A DNA stretch of 64,000 nt, taken from contig OX597825.1 in the NCBI GenBank assembly GCA_951406725.2, forward strand, positions 54,250,001 through 54,314,000, read 5' to 3'. Made by a program: the position numbers and the translations under genes. This document shows positions 12,632-26,365 of the stretch, in pieces (within the stretch, counting starts at the first letter, position 1; the number at the start of each line of letters is the position of its first letter). The notes under the pieces were generated by a model. The model was not told where the DNA came from. It saw only the letters and a program-made list of their open reading frames with translations, and searched no databases. The DNA is from Octopus vulgaris (Eukaryota).

Positions 12632-14779
12632 GCACGTACATACATAATTCAATATGTCCAATCGACGTGATTTTCGGTTGAAAGTGCAAAGGTCACCATC
12701 AATATATATATCTATTTATATAAATATCAATTCTTGTTGTTGGCTGGCACTGAGCCTGAACTTCTTCTGCACATTCTTCCACACCCAATTCCCACCCTTT
12801 CACTTTCTTTATCTTGCCATTTCTCCCAGCCTAATTTCTTCATGCCACATCTCTCTTTCCCTCTCTCCCCCGCATTTATTTCGATCCCAATGGATCCCGC
12901 CGGCGCCACTGGTCAGACTTTTAGCTATAATTAGTATCACTGATCTCACAAACACTACTTTAACGATCCATAACGTTGCAATATCTCCAACTTTCTTTTC
13001 TCTTCTCTTCTCTCCGTATCACATGATATTTTTATTCTGTACGCATTTGTATATCTCGTATCTATCGACCAATAAATGTTTTGTTTTAAAGCATAAAACT
13101 AAATAATTAAACAAATAAATGTCTACGTATTAAAATAAATATAGCAGCTAACAGAATTATCTAAAATAATTAGCAAAAGTTTTGTAATGGAAAACAAGGA
13201 TACTATATTAAGAGAAACATCCAAAATTTTTCATACATTCTGGGCGAACTTTTAATGATAGTCAGCTTTTAATCAATCACGAAGGCCCTGAAAGAAAATG
13301 GTCTTTGTTGTTACACCTCTTCCTACTACAACTACAATCCATACTACTGATACAAATCTTTAACAGATAGCATGTAGTGTATATAGTTTGGTAGTATTTG
13401 GTCCAGTGCGTTGTGCACAAGATCATTACGTCTGGTTCCGATTCTCGAACTGGGCGGCGCGTTGACCATGGGCAAATTACTTCAATCACGCTGAAAATAG
13501 GAAGCTATGAGCTTTAATTCCGAACAATACTTGTGTCGCGTACAGAGGAGGAGAACTCTTCTACTTTTAGCCTAAATACCTTGAAAATCTAAATAAGTTA
13601 CAGCCCCATGAACCATGTAAGCTCAAGAAAGAATATATCATAGTACCGAAACTAATGAGTTATTCATCGTACGAGTTATATTACGAGTTCGAATCACTCG
13701 TAAATAGCCTTTTTTTCTTATCTAGTCAAGAATCGATCCAGTCAGTCATTTCCTTCTCTTAAATATCCAACCCTGACTCTTTGTGATGAATTGATGTTGT
13801 AATTATACATTAAATATCACAAGCAAGAAGGATGGATTTCACTGATGAAAGAGACAGTGTCTAATTCAAAAATAACCTAATCAATTCCAAATTTGAGCCT
13901 CAAAATAATAAAAAGGAGTATATATCTGAGAAGGTCTGAGGGAAGTTTTATTAAGTAAGATTCATATAATTCCGGTTTCATAGCGTCCAAATCAAGAATT
14001 GAAGGACAAAAACTGTGTCGAGGGCCACTTAAATTATTCTGCATTTTGAAGAGTTTGATAAATCTCTAAAGTGTAGGACTGGTTAACTTTTGTAGATGTT
14101 CTTGAGACTGGCGAAATAAATGAGACATACATTTAACTTAAACATTTGTATGTTGTTGCCTGCTATTGAATCACAAAAAACAGAAAATTCAATTGATCTA
14201 CTGTTCGAAGGAGAAATCGTGGTGGTATAGATACCACCCGGAGTAGGCATGGCGAGAGGGAAAAAAAGAACAGGATAATGTGGTTTTAACGAAAATGGAA
14301 AGCAAGTCACTTATAGTGGTTAATGAAATAGGGATTTTAGAGAATAGTATGAAAAAAATAGCGAGTCTGTTGAGGTATACATCTTGGACGAATTGTCAAT
14401 GAATGCTTGAAGATTAACTATACATTTACCAGTTTATGTATGATGTGACTGATGTATATGGATATGTCAGTATCACCGTCCTAGTAACGATAACTATTAC
14501 ACTGGTGGAGGTCTTGATTAAACGTTCAAAGTGTACTGCAGTCGGGGTGCTTATTAAGTTTTGTAGAGATTCAGTACATGCACATACACGCACATACACT
14601 CGTCCAAGGCGTGTACATTTGTACTTAACACGTTCGCATACACTCAAATGTAAAAAGAAGCTTGCACTGAATGCTATTTCAAGGGAGAAATTCATTATAT
14701 GCCATGTTTCAATACATAATCCCTCCAAAGAGGCAGTTGCTGCAATGAAGGTTCTATCTTAAATTAAGTGTTCACAGAC

Positions 14780-14797
14780 GTGTGTATGTGTGTGTGT

Positions 14798-14842
<45 letters not shown>

Positions 14843-14865
14843 CGTACGCGCGTGTATGTGTATGT
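14780..14865. repeat. (TG)n microsatellite
   Basis: Direct tandem repeat. Confidence 0.95.
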
Positions 14866-16147
14866 AAATTGCAGTGAGATCTCACAGCAGATTGGGACTC
14901 ATTGCATTTGTAGTGACATTTTATGCACTTTTAAATGTTTAGTGGACGGTTTACTATGCAGAAGGAATGTATATAGCGATATTGTTGTTGTTATTGTTAC
15001 TGTTGCTACTCTTATCATTGTTGTTCTTGTTGTGGTTGTTACTTAGTGCCGGTGCATTGTTATCAATGAATGTGTCTTTGAGAATGTGTCTCCATTGAAC
15101 GAGGTATTGAAGATCTCATTTCCGAGGAAACAGTGCAAATCTGACATGAATTCTCAAGATTACAAATGGATAACCGTTGCGTGAAAAGCTTTAAGGAAAT
15201 GTGAACGGTTACAATTCTTAAGTTCTGAATTAGAATTAACATAAAGCTACATTCAGCTTAATGTGTGAGTGTATAAACAAATGGATATGCTTATATATGC
15301 AATGCACATATACATGTGTCTCTGTATATATAACCACGTCTTTATAATATGCCTGTACTTTTATATTAAAACAAAAGCACTGTCTTAATGTCCAAAGAGG
15401 ATTTTGTTGTTTATTTTTACTTGTTGTTACATGTTTATGAAATCAGAAACCAATTTTTAAATTTATTGCGATTTTCATATTTCACAAATAGATAGAAAAA
15501 AAAAAGTACAATAACACTTCTTAGCTATGCATTTTCTTTTTCTTTTTTCAGTAAATATATATTTTAAATTTATTATTTTACTCAAAGATGAGATATGGCA
15601 ATAAAATATCTTCTTTTTTACATTTCAAGAAATTCATGAAGAACTTAGCATATATATGTGTGTGTGTGTGTATGTGTGAGTGTACCAATAAATATATAGG
15701 CATATATAAAAATATGCATATATATATGTATGTGTGTGTATGTATCTATACCTCTCACTCTTTCTCTCTCTTTTTATATTTGTATATATATATATATATA
15801 TATACATGCACACACACACACACATATATATAAGTGTGTATACATCTATGTGCATGTACATGTGCGTGTGCGTGCGTGTGTGTGCGCGTGTGTGTTTATG
15901 TGTGTGCGCGTGTTTGTGTGTGCAGAATTTGTACCTCGTTCTCGATGAATTCCTAACCTCGTATCAAAAACAAAAAACAAAAAAATTAGACAGATATGCT
16001 TTTGTTATCTCTCATCTTTATAAAAGACTGAAAAAAGTTACATTAAATTTATTTATGCGTATGTATGTACACATAATGTATATGTGTATATATGTATGTA
16101 CGTATGAATATACATGCACATACCTATATATAAGCATATAAGTGAGC

Positions 16148-16188
<41 letters not shown>

Positions 16189-17029
16189 CGTATACATATC
16201 CGTAGTGTATATACAGTTATACAAATATATAATTATATACACATGTTTATATTCACGTACGCTTATATATATATCCCTACTTCATATATTATATATGTTG
16301 CAATATTTTAATTTAATGTCGTGTCTTTTGGTGCATTCCGAACAATTTGTTGTCTTGGAATTGCGTATGTGCATGTGTGTAAATTTGTATGTATGTAGGT
16401 ATATATTTACATATCTATGAATGTGTACGTGTGTGTATGCCTGTATGTGTATGTACGTATCTTATGTCAGTGTGATTTCGTATGCGAGTGTAGCAACAAG
16501 TGTGTTTGTGATGCTGTATTCTGGGGCCTAATAGTCTGTTTTGGAGTTTTCTGGTGCAATGCTTTATCTTTTCTGTTTTTTCTTGTTTTCTGCTGCATTC
16601 CCTGTATACAATTGTGGTGATATAAAGCATTAAATGGTTGAATACGTATTTAAAATACTCTAAACAATGATATCTACCGTTATACACACATACAAAGACG
16701 TAAAATACAAAACACGCATACATTTAAAATTCTAATACAAAATACTTTACAAAACTAAATATATACAAACATTGATAATCGCACACACTCACACAAACAC
16801 AAAAGCACAAACATATACTGATGTGTACCTTTATGTCTTCACATATAATCACAGATATGAGCACAAAAATATATGTGCATACTCACACGTCCATATAGAG
16901 ACGTATTTACAGGTTTATGTAGCATTGTCATAGAATTTATATTCATGTATAGAGGCATAGAGACAACGACATGTTGACACTGTATTCATCCGCATACATT
17001 ACAAAAACACAAATGGTGAACATACATAT

Positions 17030-17892
17030 ATAATACATACGTACATACATACATACGTTCATGCGCACATACATACATGCATGCATGCATACATATATAC
17101 ATACATATATGGTGGCTGCCCATTGCATGAAGCTTAATCAATGTTGTTATCATGCAATGCCTGTGCAAGAAGGTTTTTTTAAAGTGAGAAAAGGCTGTGC
17201 ACTGAGTCAATCCCACTCACTAAGCAACAGCAGCCATAATCCGAAAAGAAGAACAAGTCAACATCATCGGTAACCACTGAGCCGCAGGTTTTATGTCGGA
17301 GTTATCCCAGTTACCTATTTCTTTACTACCCACAAGGAGCCAAACACAGAGGGGACAAACAAGGACAGACAAATGGATTAAGTCGATTACATGGACCCCA
17401 GTGCGTAACTGGTACTTAATTTATCGACTCCGAAAGGACGAAGGGCAATGCCGAGCTCGGCGGAATTTGAACTCAGAACGTAACGGCAGACGAAATACCG
17501 GTAAGCATTTCGCCCGGCGTGTTAACATTTCTACCAGCTCGCCGCTTTGTTATCCCAGTTACCTGAGTTACCTTCTCCTATAAGGATGCCCTAACAAAGG
17601 CTAGGAGTCCTTCACTCCCAATGGTTTAACCGCGCGACCGGGTATTCAGTCCGATTATTTCTATGTCCCCGCTAATGATATAGCCTTAAGACATTTATTG
17701 GATGGCCGTTGACTCTCAAGAGTTCCTCCGCCCTTTGATGGGTTCTGATTTTCATCCCACAGGGTGTCCAATAAACACCCTCCTCACCAAGCAAGCTTGG
17801 TGGGGTTGCCGGTTTAGTCGCCGACGACCCGACCATGCAACAAGTTGTACTGGGTTACATGTTAACAGTAGCACCCAAAGGTGACCTGACAT
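17030..17892 (-). mobile_element. Non-autonomous RTE-derived element (5' region joined to 3' tail), interrupted by a SINE
   Basis: Minus strand carries RTE 5'-like motifs CGGCGACTAAACCGGCAACC and AGGGCATCCTTATAGGAGAAGGTAACTC. The end at 17113-17138 (GGCTGCC..CATTGCATGAAGCTTAA) matches the RTE 3' end at 39591-39634 and is followed by (ATGT)n. Confidence 0.55.
17317..17548 (-). mobile_element. Family B SINE monomer with 16-bp TSD
   Basis: Near-identical to 8210-8445; flanked by perfect GTTATCCCAGTTACCT at 17301-17316 and 17549-17564. Confidence 0.92.
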
Positions 17893-18916
17893 AATACATA
17901 CATACATACATACATACATACATACATACATACATACACACACACGTGCAACATTATATTTATATACATGTATGATTGTATAGCATTGTATGAATGTATA
18001 TGTATATATAAAGGAAATAGAAATAAATGGCGGTGCCCCAGTATGGTCACAGCTCATGAGCTGAAACTGGAAAAATCAAAATCAAAATACGAGCAGTACT
18101 AAGCAGAGCGATGGCAATATGCATGATACCTAGGAGCCAAATTTTTTGGCTATCGTTTAACGTATCTTGTTTGGATTTCGGTTTAAACTATTGTTTATCA
18201 TTGCGATTGTAAACAGCAATTATTATCATTGAGAGTGTGAGAAAGAAAAGTGCTACTCTATAATAAAATCCAAAGAGTGGTTTTCCATTCCGTGTCTGGT
18301 CTAACTCTTTCATTCTCAGCAAGCGCCATTTGACCGCATGGAAGACCTTGACACTTTTGCTTGACCAGCACATTATCTACGCATTTGTGTCGGAGATAAC
18401 ACGAGAAAAATAATCATTACTCTGTTTCACAGAGTACCCGGGAACCTGGAAGTCTTTCTGAGGTAGCTGTGGCCAAATAAGAATTGAACTACTGATCTAC
18501 ATGAAGCAACATAGAGTTCCAATAGATAAGAGGTTTTTGATATCTGGGTTATGGATTAGAAGGATGTGTAATGGTTTGATATTTTTGTGATGTTTGTACT
18601 GAATGGGTCTCTAAAATAGGTATCAGAAACATACTTAGGTTGATTAATTATTCTACACTCCTTTCTTATAATCGATTTTATTATTTGTATAATGCTGCTG
18701 TAGGTGTTGTTTTTATTATTTTTCATTTCTGTGGTCTCACCCAATCCCCTAGGGCTTAATTCAAATACATATAACTTTCGACTCAATTTAACTCACTAAG
18801 TCAATTGATATTGAAATCAAACCTCTATAAATTGATGCCTGTAAAGAAATTCAAGGAAATCACACAATTTCAGAGAGATTATTAAAGGTCCGTAGGAACA
18901 ACTGATGAATTGTTCA

Positions 18917-19316
18917 GGCGCAGGAGTGGCTGTGTGGTAAGTAGCTTGCTTACCAACCACATGGTTCTAGGTTCATTCCCACTGCGCGGCGCCTTGGGCA
19001 AGTGTCTTCTACTATAGCCTCGGGCCAACCAAAGCCTTGTCAGTGGATTTGGTAGACGGAAACTGAAAGAAGCCCGTTGTATATATGTATATATGTATGT
19101 ATGCGTGTGTATATGTTTGTGTGTCTTTGTTTGTCACCCCAACATCGCTTGAAAGCCGATGCTGGTGTGTTTACGTCCCCGCAACTTAGTGGTTCGCCAA
19201 ATAGATTAAGTACTAGACTTCCAAAGAATAAGTCTTGGGGTCGATTTGCTCAACTAAAGGCGGTGTTCCAGCTTGGCCGCAGTCAAATAACTGAAACAAG
19301 TAAAGGAGTAAAGAGT
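18917..19316 (+). mobile_element. Full-length family A SINE (tRNA head plus CORE-like domain)
   Basis: A box GGCGCAGGAGTGGCTGTGTGGTAAG, B box GGTTCATTCCC, CORE-like GCCTTGGGCAAGTGTCTTCTACTATAGCCTCGGGC, internal microsatellite, tail GAAACAAGTAAAGGAGTAAAGAGT. Confidence 0.9.
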
Positions 19317-20396
19317 GGATTTTAGAGGCGAGTGGAAGAGAGAAAGTAGACATCGCGAGAAACTGAGTGGAGAGTTATTCAATATCCTGTCTGCGGTGTT
19401 GAATGAAGTGGCGGATATGTTCTAAAATAGCAACGTATTGGTCAGCTTCGCAATGCTACTTCCATTGCTATTGTTACTTTCCTAATAGGTATGAACAATA
19501 TCTCGTAAAACTACTTACGGCTTTGTAAGACTGAGACATTAACAAATAAATATGTTGGATAACATATGATACAAATGGACGAGATCTGAACTAGAGATAT
19601 TTCAGTTAGATCTTAACTACATCATCTACTCATTTGTACCGTCTGCCTGCAAATGGTGATTAAGTGTCTGTCACTTTCTTTCTGGTGGTGTATTACGACG
19701 TATATTATTTGTTTATTTAACCTAACTGTAAATATGAATTGATACACCTTGCATGTGTCAGTCGTTTAGTTAATCTAGATGTAAATATGAAGTGATACAA
19801 CTGACAACGTATATTTACTGATTTATGTATCTTAACTTTAACGATGAGTTGTTACGGAACACAACATGTCTTTAGTGAATCTTGCTGTGTATATAAGTTG
19901 ATGTAACTCACAAGGAAAACATCGTTATTAATCAGAAAACTGAGCAATTTACAAACACTTTACTTTGTTTGCATTCATAAACCTCAAATCTTTCAAGTAA
20001 CAAAGATAAAACAGCGAGTAGCATATATATAGAGAGAAGCGTTCACTAAGATATCTTAGTGAAGAGTTGGTGACGTGTATTGCTACTGGATTATCGAAAC
20101 CATGTCACTCGATTACTTTATAATTTAAGGCTAACTGCAATGAGTGAATTGGTTAATATGCAACACTTCATCTCAAAATATATCTATTTCACACAGACGT
20201 CTACCTTAGGAGTGCGGGGTGACAACAATGACGACAATATTTCGCCCTACGTTTGAAAATATATATTTTTTATGTTTATTTATTTATTACAGTGCCAATG
20301 AGATAGGGTATACATGGACTTGCTAATAGCACTCTCCGAAGATCAAAATGTTAACTTCACTCCATTTAACATTAATGAAGTGTTCTAATATTGGAT

Positions 20397-20568
20397 TCAA
20401 ATTTTGGTACGAGGCCACTAAGTTCGGCCCAATACTTAACTGGTATTGATTTTATTGACTCAGAAGAGATGAAAGCCAAATTTAACCTCAGCGTATTTTG
20501 AATCTAGACCGTATGACTGACGAAATGCTGCTAAGTATTTTTCCGGCGTTTCTAACGACTCTGCCAGC
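20397..20568 (-). mobile_element. Degenerate family B SINE
   Basis: CTGGTATTGATTTTATTGACTCAGAAGAGATGAAAGCCAAA..CGAAATGCTGCTAAG..CTAACGACTCTGCCAGC. Confidence 0.7.
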
Positions 20569-21475
20569 ACTCAGCAATAGATGTTTTAATATTAACCACA
20601 GATTATTCTTTGCCTTTGGATTTTCGTAAGAATGTAAGAATGATTATTGCATGACAGGTCTCTGCAGATTCAAATCCTCACCTGAGTATTATAACTAACT
20701 TCTAAAGACCAGATTGTTCCCAGCAGTGACTGATATCGAGGATAAATTATTTCCTGTTTGCGAGAGATCTTAGTTTCATAATACCACCTGAGCGTTAGAG
20801 CTTATCTTTAAAGATCTGATATTTCGCAGTGGGAACGAAACTGAAGGTTAAATTATTTGCAGTATTATTTCCTCTCGCACCTGGTCCTGAGTTCAAATAT
20901 CAACGAAGATTAATTTTGCCAGAGGTTAACAAAATAAAACTTCCATCAACAAATTAGGATTGGTAATTCTAGACTAAACCTTTCACCGTGTAAACTAAAA
21001 CAATAGACGCCTGTACTATATATTGTTTCTCCTGTGCTTGGGAACATAATATTTAAAGGTTCCTTTAACATGGTTGGTTTATTTGCAACGTAAAAAGACA
21101 TACAGAAGGTTATATCAACAGGGTATTGAAATCACATCCTTGTTTGCCCAATTTCTGATTAGTGATAGATTGTATGTACTTATTCATTCTGGACCTTACC
21201 GAAATATAACACGATTGAAGGCAAGTACAAGAACAGATTAATCAATTAAAATATAATAGTTATTGAGATTAGATAATAAGGTTCTACTATATTTGGTTTC
21301 CCAGTGATTGAACGCAGTCACATAAAGAGGGAGAATCAAATGACATACAATGTCAAACAAGAACAATTGGTGTGCTAGTGAAGGCAATTTGCATTAAGTA
21401 TGAAACCGCGTCGGCTTCATCCAACGCAGCACATGTTTACAACTGGTTAATTTCAATATATACATATATACATAG

Positions 21476-21540
21476 GCATAGGAGTGGCTGTGTATGCGTA
21501 GGAGTGGCTGTGTGGTAAGTAGCTTGCTTACCAACCATAT
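21476..21540 (+). mobile_element. Duplicated family A SINE head fragment
   Basis: TAGGAGTGGCTGTGT occurs twice in tandem, followed by GGTAAGTAGCTTGCTTACCAACCA. Confidence 0.75.
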
Positions 21541-21817
21541 ATATACTGGCGCTCATTTTTGGACAAGTTATAAAAACACAACGGCAGGTGTCTTTCGCGC
21601 TGATTGTGAGCCGGATACAAGAATGAGAGAAAGCGCCTCCTGTCCAAGACATCTAGCCATTGCAGATAAAATCGCTGTGCTGTGTTGTAAGTGGGAATCA
21701 ACAAATTACATTTAATCATAATGCGCTGATCACATCTCTCAATCAAAATGTAATTATCACTGACTTCAGTTAAATGGAATTAATTATCATAGTTATAAGC
21801 ATGGAGATTAGAAACGT

Positions 21818-21885
21818 GAAGAGCGGTGGTGCCAGGCTGCCTCTGAGCGATAACGGCTGAACGCCTCTAAGCCGGAACCGTAGCC
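21818..21885 (+). pseudogene. Isolated fragment of the large-subunit (28S) rRNA 3' region
   Basis: GAAGAGCGGTGGTGCCAGGCTGCCTCTGAGCGATAACGGCTGAACGCCTCTAAGCCGGAACC aligns with metazoan 28S GAGGAGCCAATGGTGCGAGGCTACCATCTGTGGGATTATGACTGAACGCCTCTAAGTCAGAATCC, including the invariant CTGAACGCCTCTAAG. GC-rich sequence continues to ~21960. Confidence 0.75.
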
Positions 21886-23089
21886 GGACCAGAAATTTGG
21901 AAAGGATCGATGGGCCACGCTTTCGCGGTAATTTATGGTCACTCTTCCGAAAAGAGTCTCATATTTGTTTCGTAGTTATATAATCGATCTCAATAAAACG
22001 AGGTTCAAATATAATCAGGATGTAGAGACTCCAAACCAAATACTGTAAAACATAGAAATAAATAAGTGTTAATGCTTTTACCTCTGGCTCTAAAATATAT
22101 ATGATACTGGGACAATGAAACGAACTTGCTATGGAAGATGTAGACATGGTTAAATGAGTTTAATTTAATTTTTTACATTACTGACGTTTAAGGCGGTAAA
22201 CTCGTAAAGTCGAGAAAGCCTAGGACAAAATATCATACGGCACTGGCTTTGGAATTTTATGTTCTAGTTCCAATCCCACCAAATCCAAGAATACTTCATT
22301 CCTTAGTTGTGGGACTAAATTGTAAATTGTTATATTAGTGGCATTTGTTCAATAGTTATTAGGACATGAGGTATAAACGCCAAGTAAATCTTTGGAAATA
22401 TGTACTCAGAATGAAAGTGGATGAAATTAAATACTTTCAAAGCATGTCTGCATTCGAATGAATTGCATTTTATTTTCTACTTCAGATTCTGATCACATAT
22501 TGACCATTATGAATGAGTTACTTCCGTGTCATAAGGTCACATGTTTATAGAGAGAGGATATTAGCCAAGGATGTTTGGCACATTCTTTAAAGACGCACAC
22601 ACACACACACACACACACGCACACATACACACACGCACACGCATGCACACACACAATGCTTACATACACTACTAAGCATGTATCTATATCTACAAAAGAT
22701 ACTAGAGTATAAATTTTTAGACACTTATTTGAAAATATAGAGGTTAGCCTGATATGCTCTCGGCTCCACCACTTGATTCAAAAATAAACAGGAGTTTCTA
22801 TACTGTATAATATCTATACACTAAGTTAGTTCACTTAGAATATAGACTTACAATTAAATGAAACAGGTGTATTGGGTCAGAAATCGTAATTTAATATTTC
22901 CAAGTCACAAATCGAAATTAGGACCGGTGATGTATGATGTAAAGCTTCGTGCAGCACCAAACCTTTGTCCTTCATGGCTTCAAAAATCACCGTCTTATCG
23001 ATTCTATGTCTGATGTGCCATTTCTGTTCCAATATTAGAGAAAGTGGTTGGAATTTACAGAGGCTGGACATCGATCATGAATGAAACAA

Positions 23090-23192
23090 TAGTATTGATG
23101 GTAGTAATGGTGGTGGTAGTGGCGGTGGAGACAGTAGTATTAGCGGTTGTGAAGGTAACGTAGTAATGGTGGTGGTGGTGGTTGTGCTGGCG
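23090..23192. repeat. Degenerate (GGT)n/(AGT)n trinucleotide tract
   Basis: Direct repeats. Confidence 0.75.
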
Positions 23193-23284
23193 GGGATGTT
23201 AGGTTCAGTTTAGTGCATTTCGTTTAATGCAAATTGAAATGTCAGAGGTTAAGATTTAGAAAGGAATAGAAACAGCGTAAAGCG

Positions 23285-23287
<3 letters not shown>

Positions 23288-23355
<68 letters not shown>
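23288..23355. repeat. (TA)n microsatellite
   Basis: Direct tandem repeat. Confidence 0.95.
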
Positions 23356-23358
<3 letters not shown>

Positions 23359-24246
23359 TGTATGTGTGTGTGTGAACGTGTGTGTATGGGGGGTATTTGT
23401 CGGTGATTATATATATATACGTATAACGTACATCTGAATGTACACGCGCACACACACGCATATATGTGTGAGTTGTCTGTGTGTGTGTGTCTGTCTGTGT
23501 GTGCGTGTTTATGTATGTACGTGTGCATGTATGTATGGGTCTCGATAATTTTATGGTTTCTCTCTGGAGGAAAGGTAAAGAAAACACATTTATTTATCTC
23601 TTTCCTTCATGTGATTACGTCTAATAATCCGCTCCCGAAACCTACTGCATTGTTGTGATCGACACACGGACATGCGCACAAACACGCGCACAAACACGCC
23701 CACACACGCACGCACACACACGTACCCATAGGCACTCACACGTGTTTGTGTGCGTATGCATAAAGGCTTGCTTCAATAGACTTATATATGCACATATATA
23801 ATTAACAGGAATTTGAGTATATGCACTTACATACAAGTATATAATAAACGAAGGATTGTGTCAAAACTTCTACAAATACGCATGTTATGAAGGCGGGATG
23901 AGATGTATATATACAGGTACGCTTTTATATACGCATATACATATAATAAATGGAAACATAGCTGCAGAAATAAACAACCTGCCTCACGTAAACATCTCTT
24001 TCTCTCTTTCTCTCCCCCTCTCTCGCTCTCTCTCCCTCCAGTAGATAGATAGCTAGACAGACAGACAGGCAGGCAAACAGCCAGATAAACAGACAGGCAA
24101 TCAAGAAGACAGACGCGCAGGCAGACATGCATATGTTTACTTTTATTGGAATAGTTGAATTTCGGATATGTTTGTGCGTGCGTATATATACATATGTATG
24201 TATATTTGTATGTATGTATTTATGTATGCATATGTATATGTATATG

Positions 24247-24328
<82 letters not shown>

Positions 24329-24345
24329 TGTCTGTGTGTGTGTAT

Positions 24346-24715
24346 ACAACTTAGCTGGTCAGGCCATCTCTCACGTATGAGTAATATCAGAATTCCGAGG
24401 GAGCCAATTCCCAGCAGGAAGACCAGTTAGAAGACGACTGTTGCGCTTCAGGGACAAACTAAAAGACAATTTGAGGCGGTGCAAAATCCCCTTTTTGTTC
24501 CTGAGAAAATAATGCGTCACAACACAGGACCTGGCGCCAGTTCTGCTTCTCGTCAGTTCAAAAATTTGAGTAGAGTCCACTCCAGCATCGGGACCAACTT
24601 CGTGCAAGTATGAAGGCGCACGAGTAACACGCTGCTCTTCTAAACGGAAACCATACCTGTCTTTATAGACCTGTAGCACGAATCAAAGTAGGCCTTGGCG
24701 TCCACTCTAGAAAAA
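24346..24715 (+). mobile_element. RTE-clade LINE 3' relic
   Basis: Reads QLSWSGHLSRMSNIRIPR, then RRLLRFRDKLKDNL, resembling the RTE motif QLRWAGHV.RM...R.PK...KR.KD.LK; frameshifted. Directly follows a long (TG)n. Confidence 0.75.
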
Positions 24716-24880
24716 AACACATATTAAATGATCCACAAGTACTCGAGCAAACTATCAAAAGGTTTGCAAGGAAAAAGTAGAACTCAAAAGGACCCATTCT
24801 CGTCCATAGAACATAATTGCCCCTCTACTTCACTGAACATATATTGGTTGTTCACGATGAGAGAACCCATCATAAATGCA

Positions 24881-24929
<49 letters not shown>

Positions 24930-24989
24930 AGAGTTTATATATATATATATACATGTGTGTGTGTGTGTGTATGTAAGTATCTATATTTG

Positions 24990-25510
24990 AATACCAACCA
25001 AGGAAATGTAAGCAGCATGATAAACACCAATTACAACCAAATTCTTGTAGCAGAAATACTTATGATACAACTAACACGGTAACAATGTCGGTAAATTGAG
25101 TCGGGACTGCCTTATATACAAATAAATGCGACAAATCCTCATGCAGAGAAAAATTAAAATGTCCTTTGATAAATCTCTGTATTAGTACAAATCTTCTATA
25201 TAAATTACCGTGCACACAAGAGGAGAGCTGTATGTTTACGTTGGGCAGACGGCGGATTCATTTAAGAAGCGTTATCGTGACCATGTCGCCAGCTTTAAGA
25301 CAATCAATAAGAGACATTCAACACCTCTGACAGATTTTCTTTGGTGAGAGAAGGAGGATAAAATGAAGTACAGCATAACTTGGTCCATATTAAGGTATGC
25401 AAAACCATGAAATATAATTTCCAGGAGATACCGTCTTAGCTCCGAAGAAACCCTATCTATTCTGTGGACTAACGAGAAGATCATTAATAGAGTTTCTAGA
25501 TGCTAGAATA
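24990..25510 (+). mobile_element. Penelope-like element relic (GIY-YIG endonuclease region)
   Basis: CPLINLCISTNLLYK, then YVYVGQTADSFKKRYRDHVASFKTINKRHSTPLTDFLW*EKEDKMKYSITWSILRYAKP. Matches the PLE pattern CPL..C...VIY...YIG.T...FK.RY..H..SF...T.LS..IW...I.W.I; stops and frameshifts present. Confidence 0.8.
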
Positions 25511-26146
25511 TATAAATAGGCATATATATTGTTTAGAAGAGGTTATAATCTAAGGCGTATCCTTGTGAAGAACATCTGCATATTCACAGTTGGCAAATAT
25601 AAGTATATAATTGTTGTATTTTAAATGAGATACACTTAGCATTTGAATTTTCTGGTGCATTCCATTTACAGAGTAATTATATATCAAAAGAAATGACTGG
25701 AAAAACTTTGCCATATCTTTAATTCCGAATTACTTGTGTTTCATTCCAGCACACACATATATATATATATATAATTATATGTGTGTGTGTGTGTGTATGT
25801 GTTTGTGTGTGTGTGTATGTGTATCAGTTGAAAGTAATGCAAAAACCTTACGGAGGATATATTATAAGTAATTAAGATTACCTATGAATATATCAATCGC
25901 CAAACATGTTATCATAAAATATAAAGAAAAACTTTTATAATTATGAACAAGTCGCGAGGAGAAATAATATGAGTGATATTTTGGCTTTATAACGGTTTTG
26001 GCTGCTATTTTAACATGTAAGGTTTTTTTTTAGTTATAATTGTGATTTGTTCATAATTATAAATGTTTTTCTTCTTTATATATATATCCACCAACATTCC
26101 TGACCTTGTACCTGTGGTAGAAAAGATTATTATTAGACGTCGATAT

Positions 26147-26365
26147 GCGGCTAGCTGGTAAAATCATTTGCTATTCAAAAAAAAATATGCTTACTAGTAT
26201 TGCTTCCTCTTCCTAGCTGCTGAATTCAAATCTTGCGATGTTAACTTAATTTTTCATTCTTTCGAGATCCTTATTATAAGAGCCAGATAGTTACTGATAT
26301 CAAAATATTCGACTTGCCCCTTGTCTTAATGATACTGTTATTTTGCAGAAATTAGAAAGAATTAT
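26147..26365 (+). mobile_element. Degenerate family B SINE
   Basis: GCGGCTAGCTGGTAAAATC head, CTGAATTCAAATC B box, and TTTTCATTCTTTCGAG core remnant. Confidence 0.55.
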
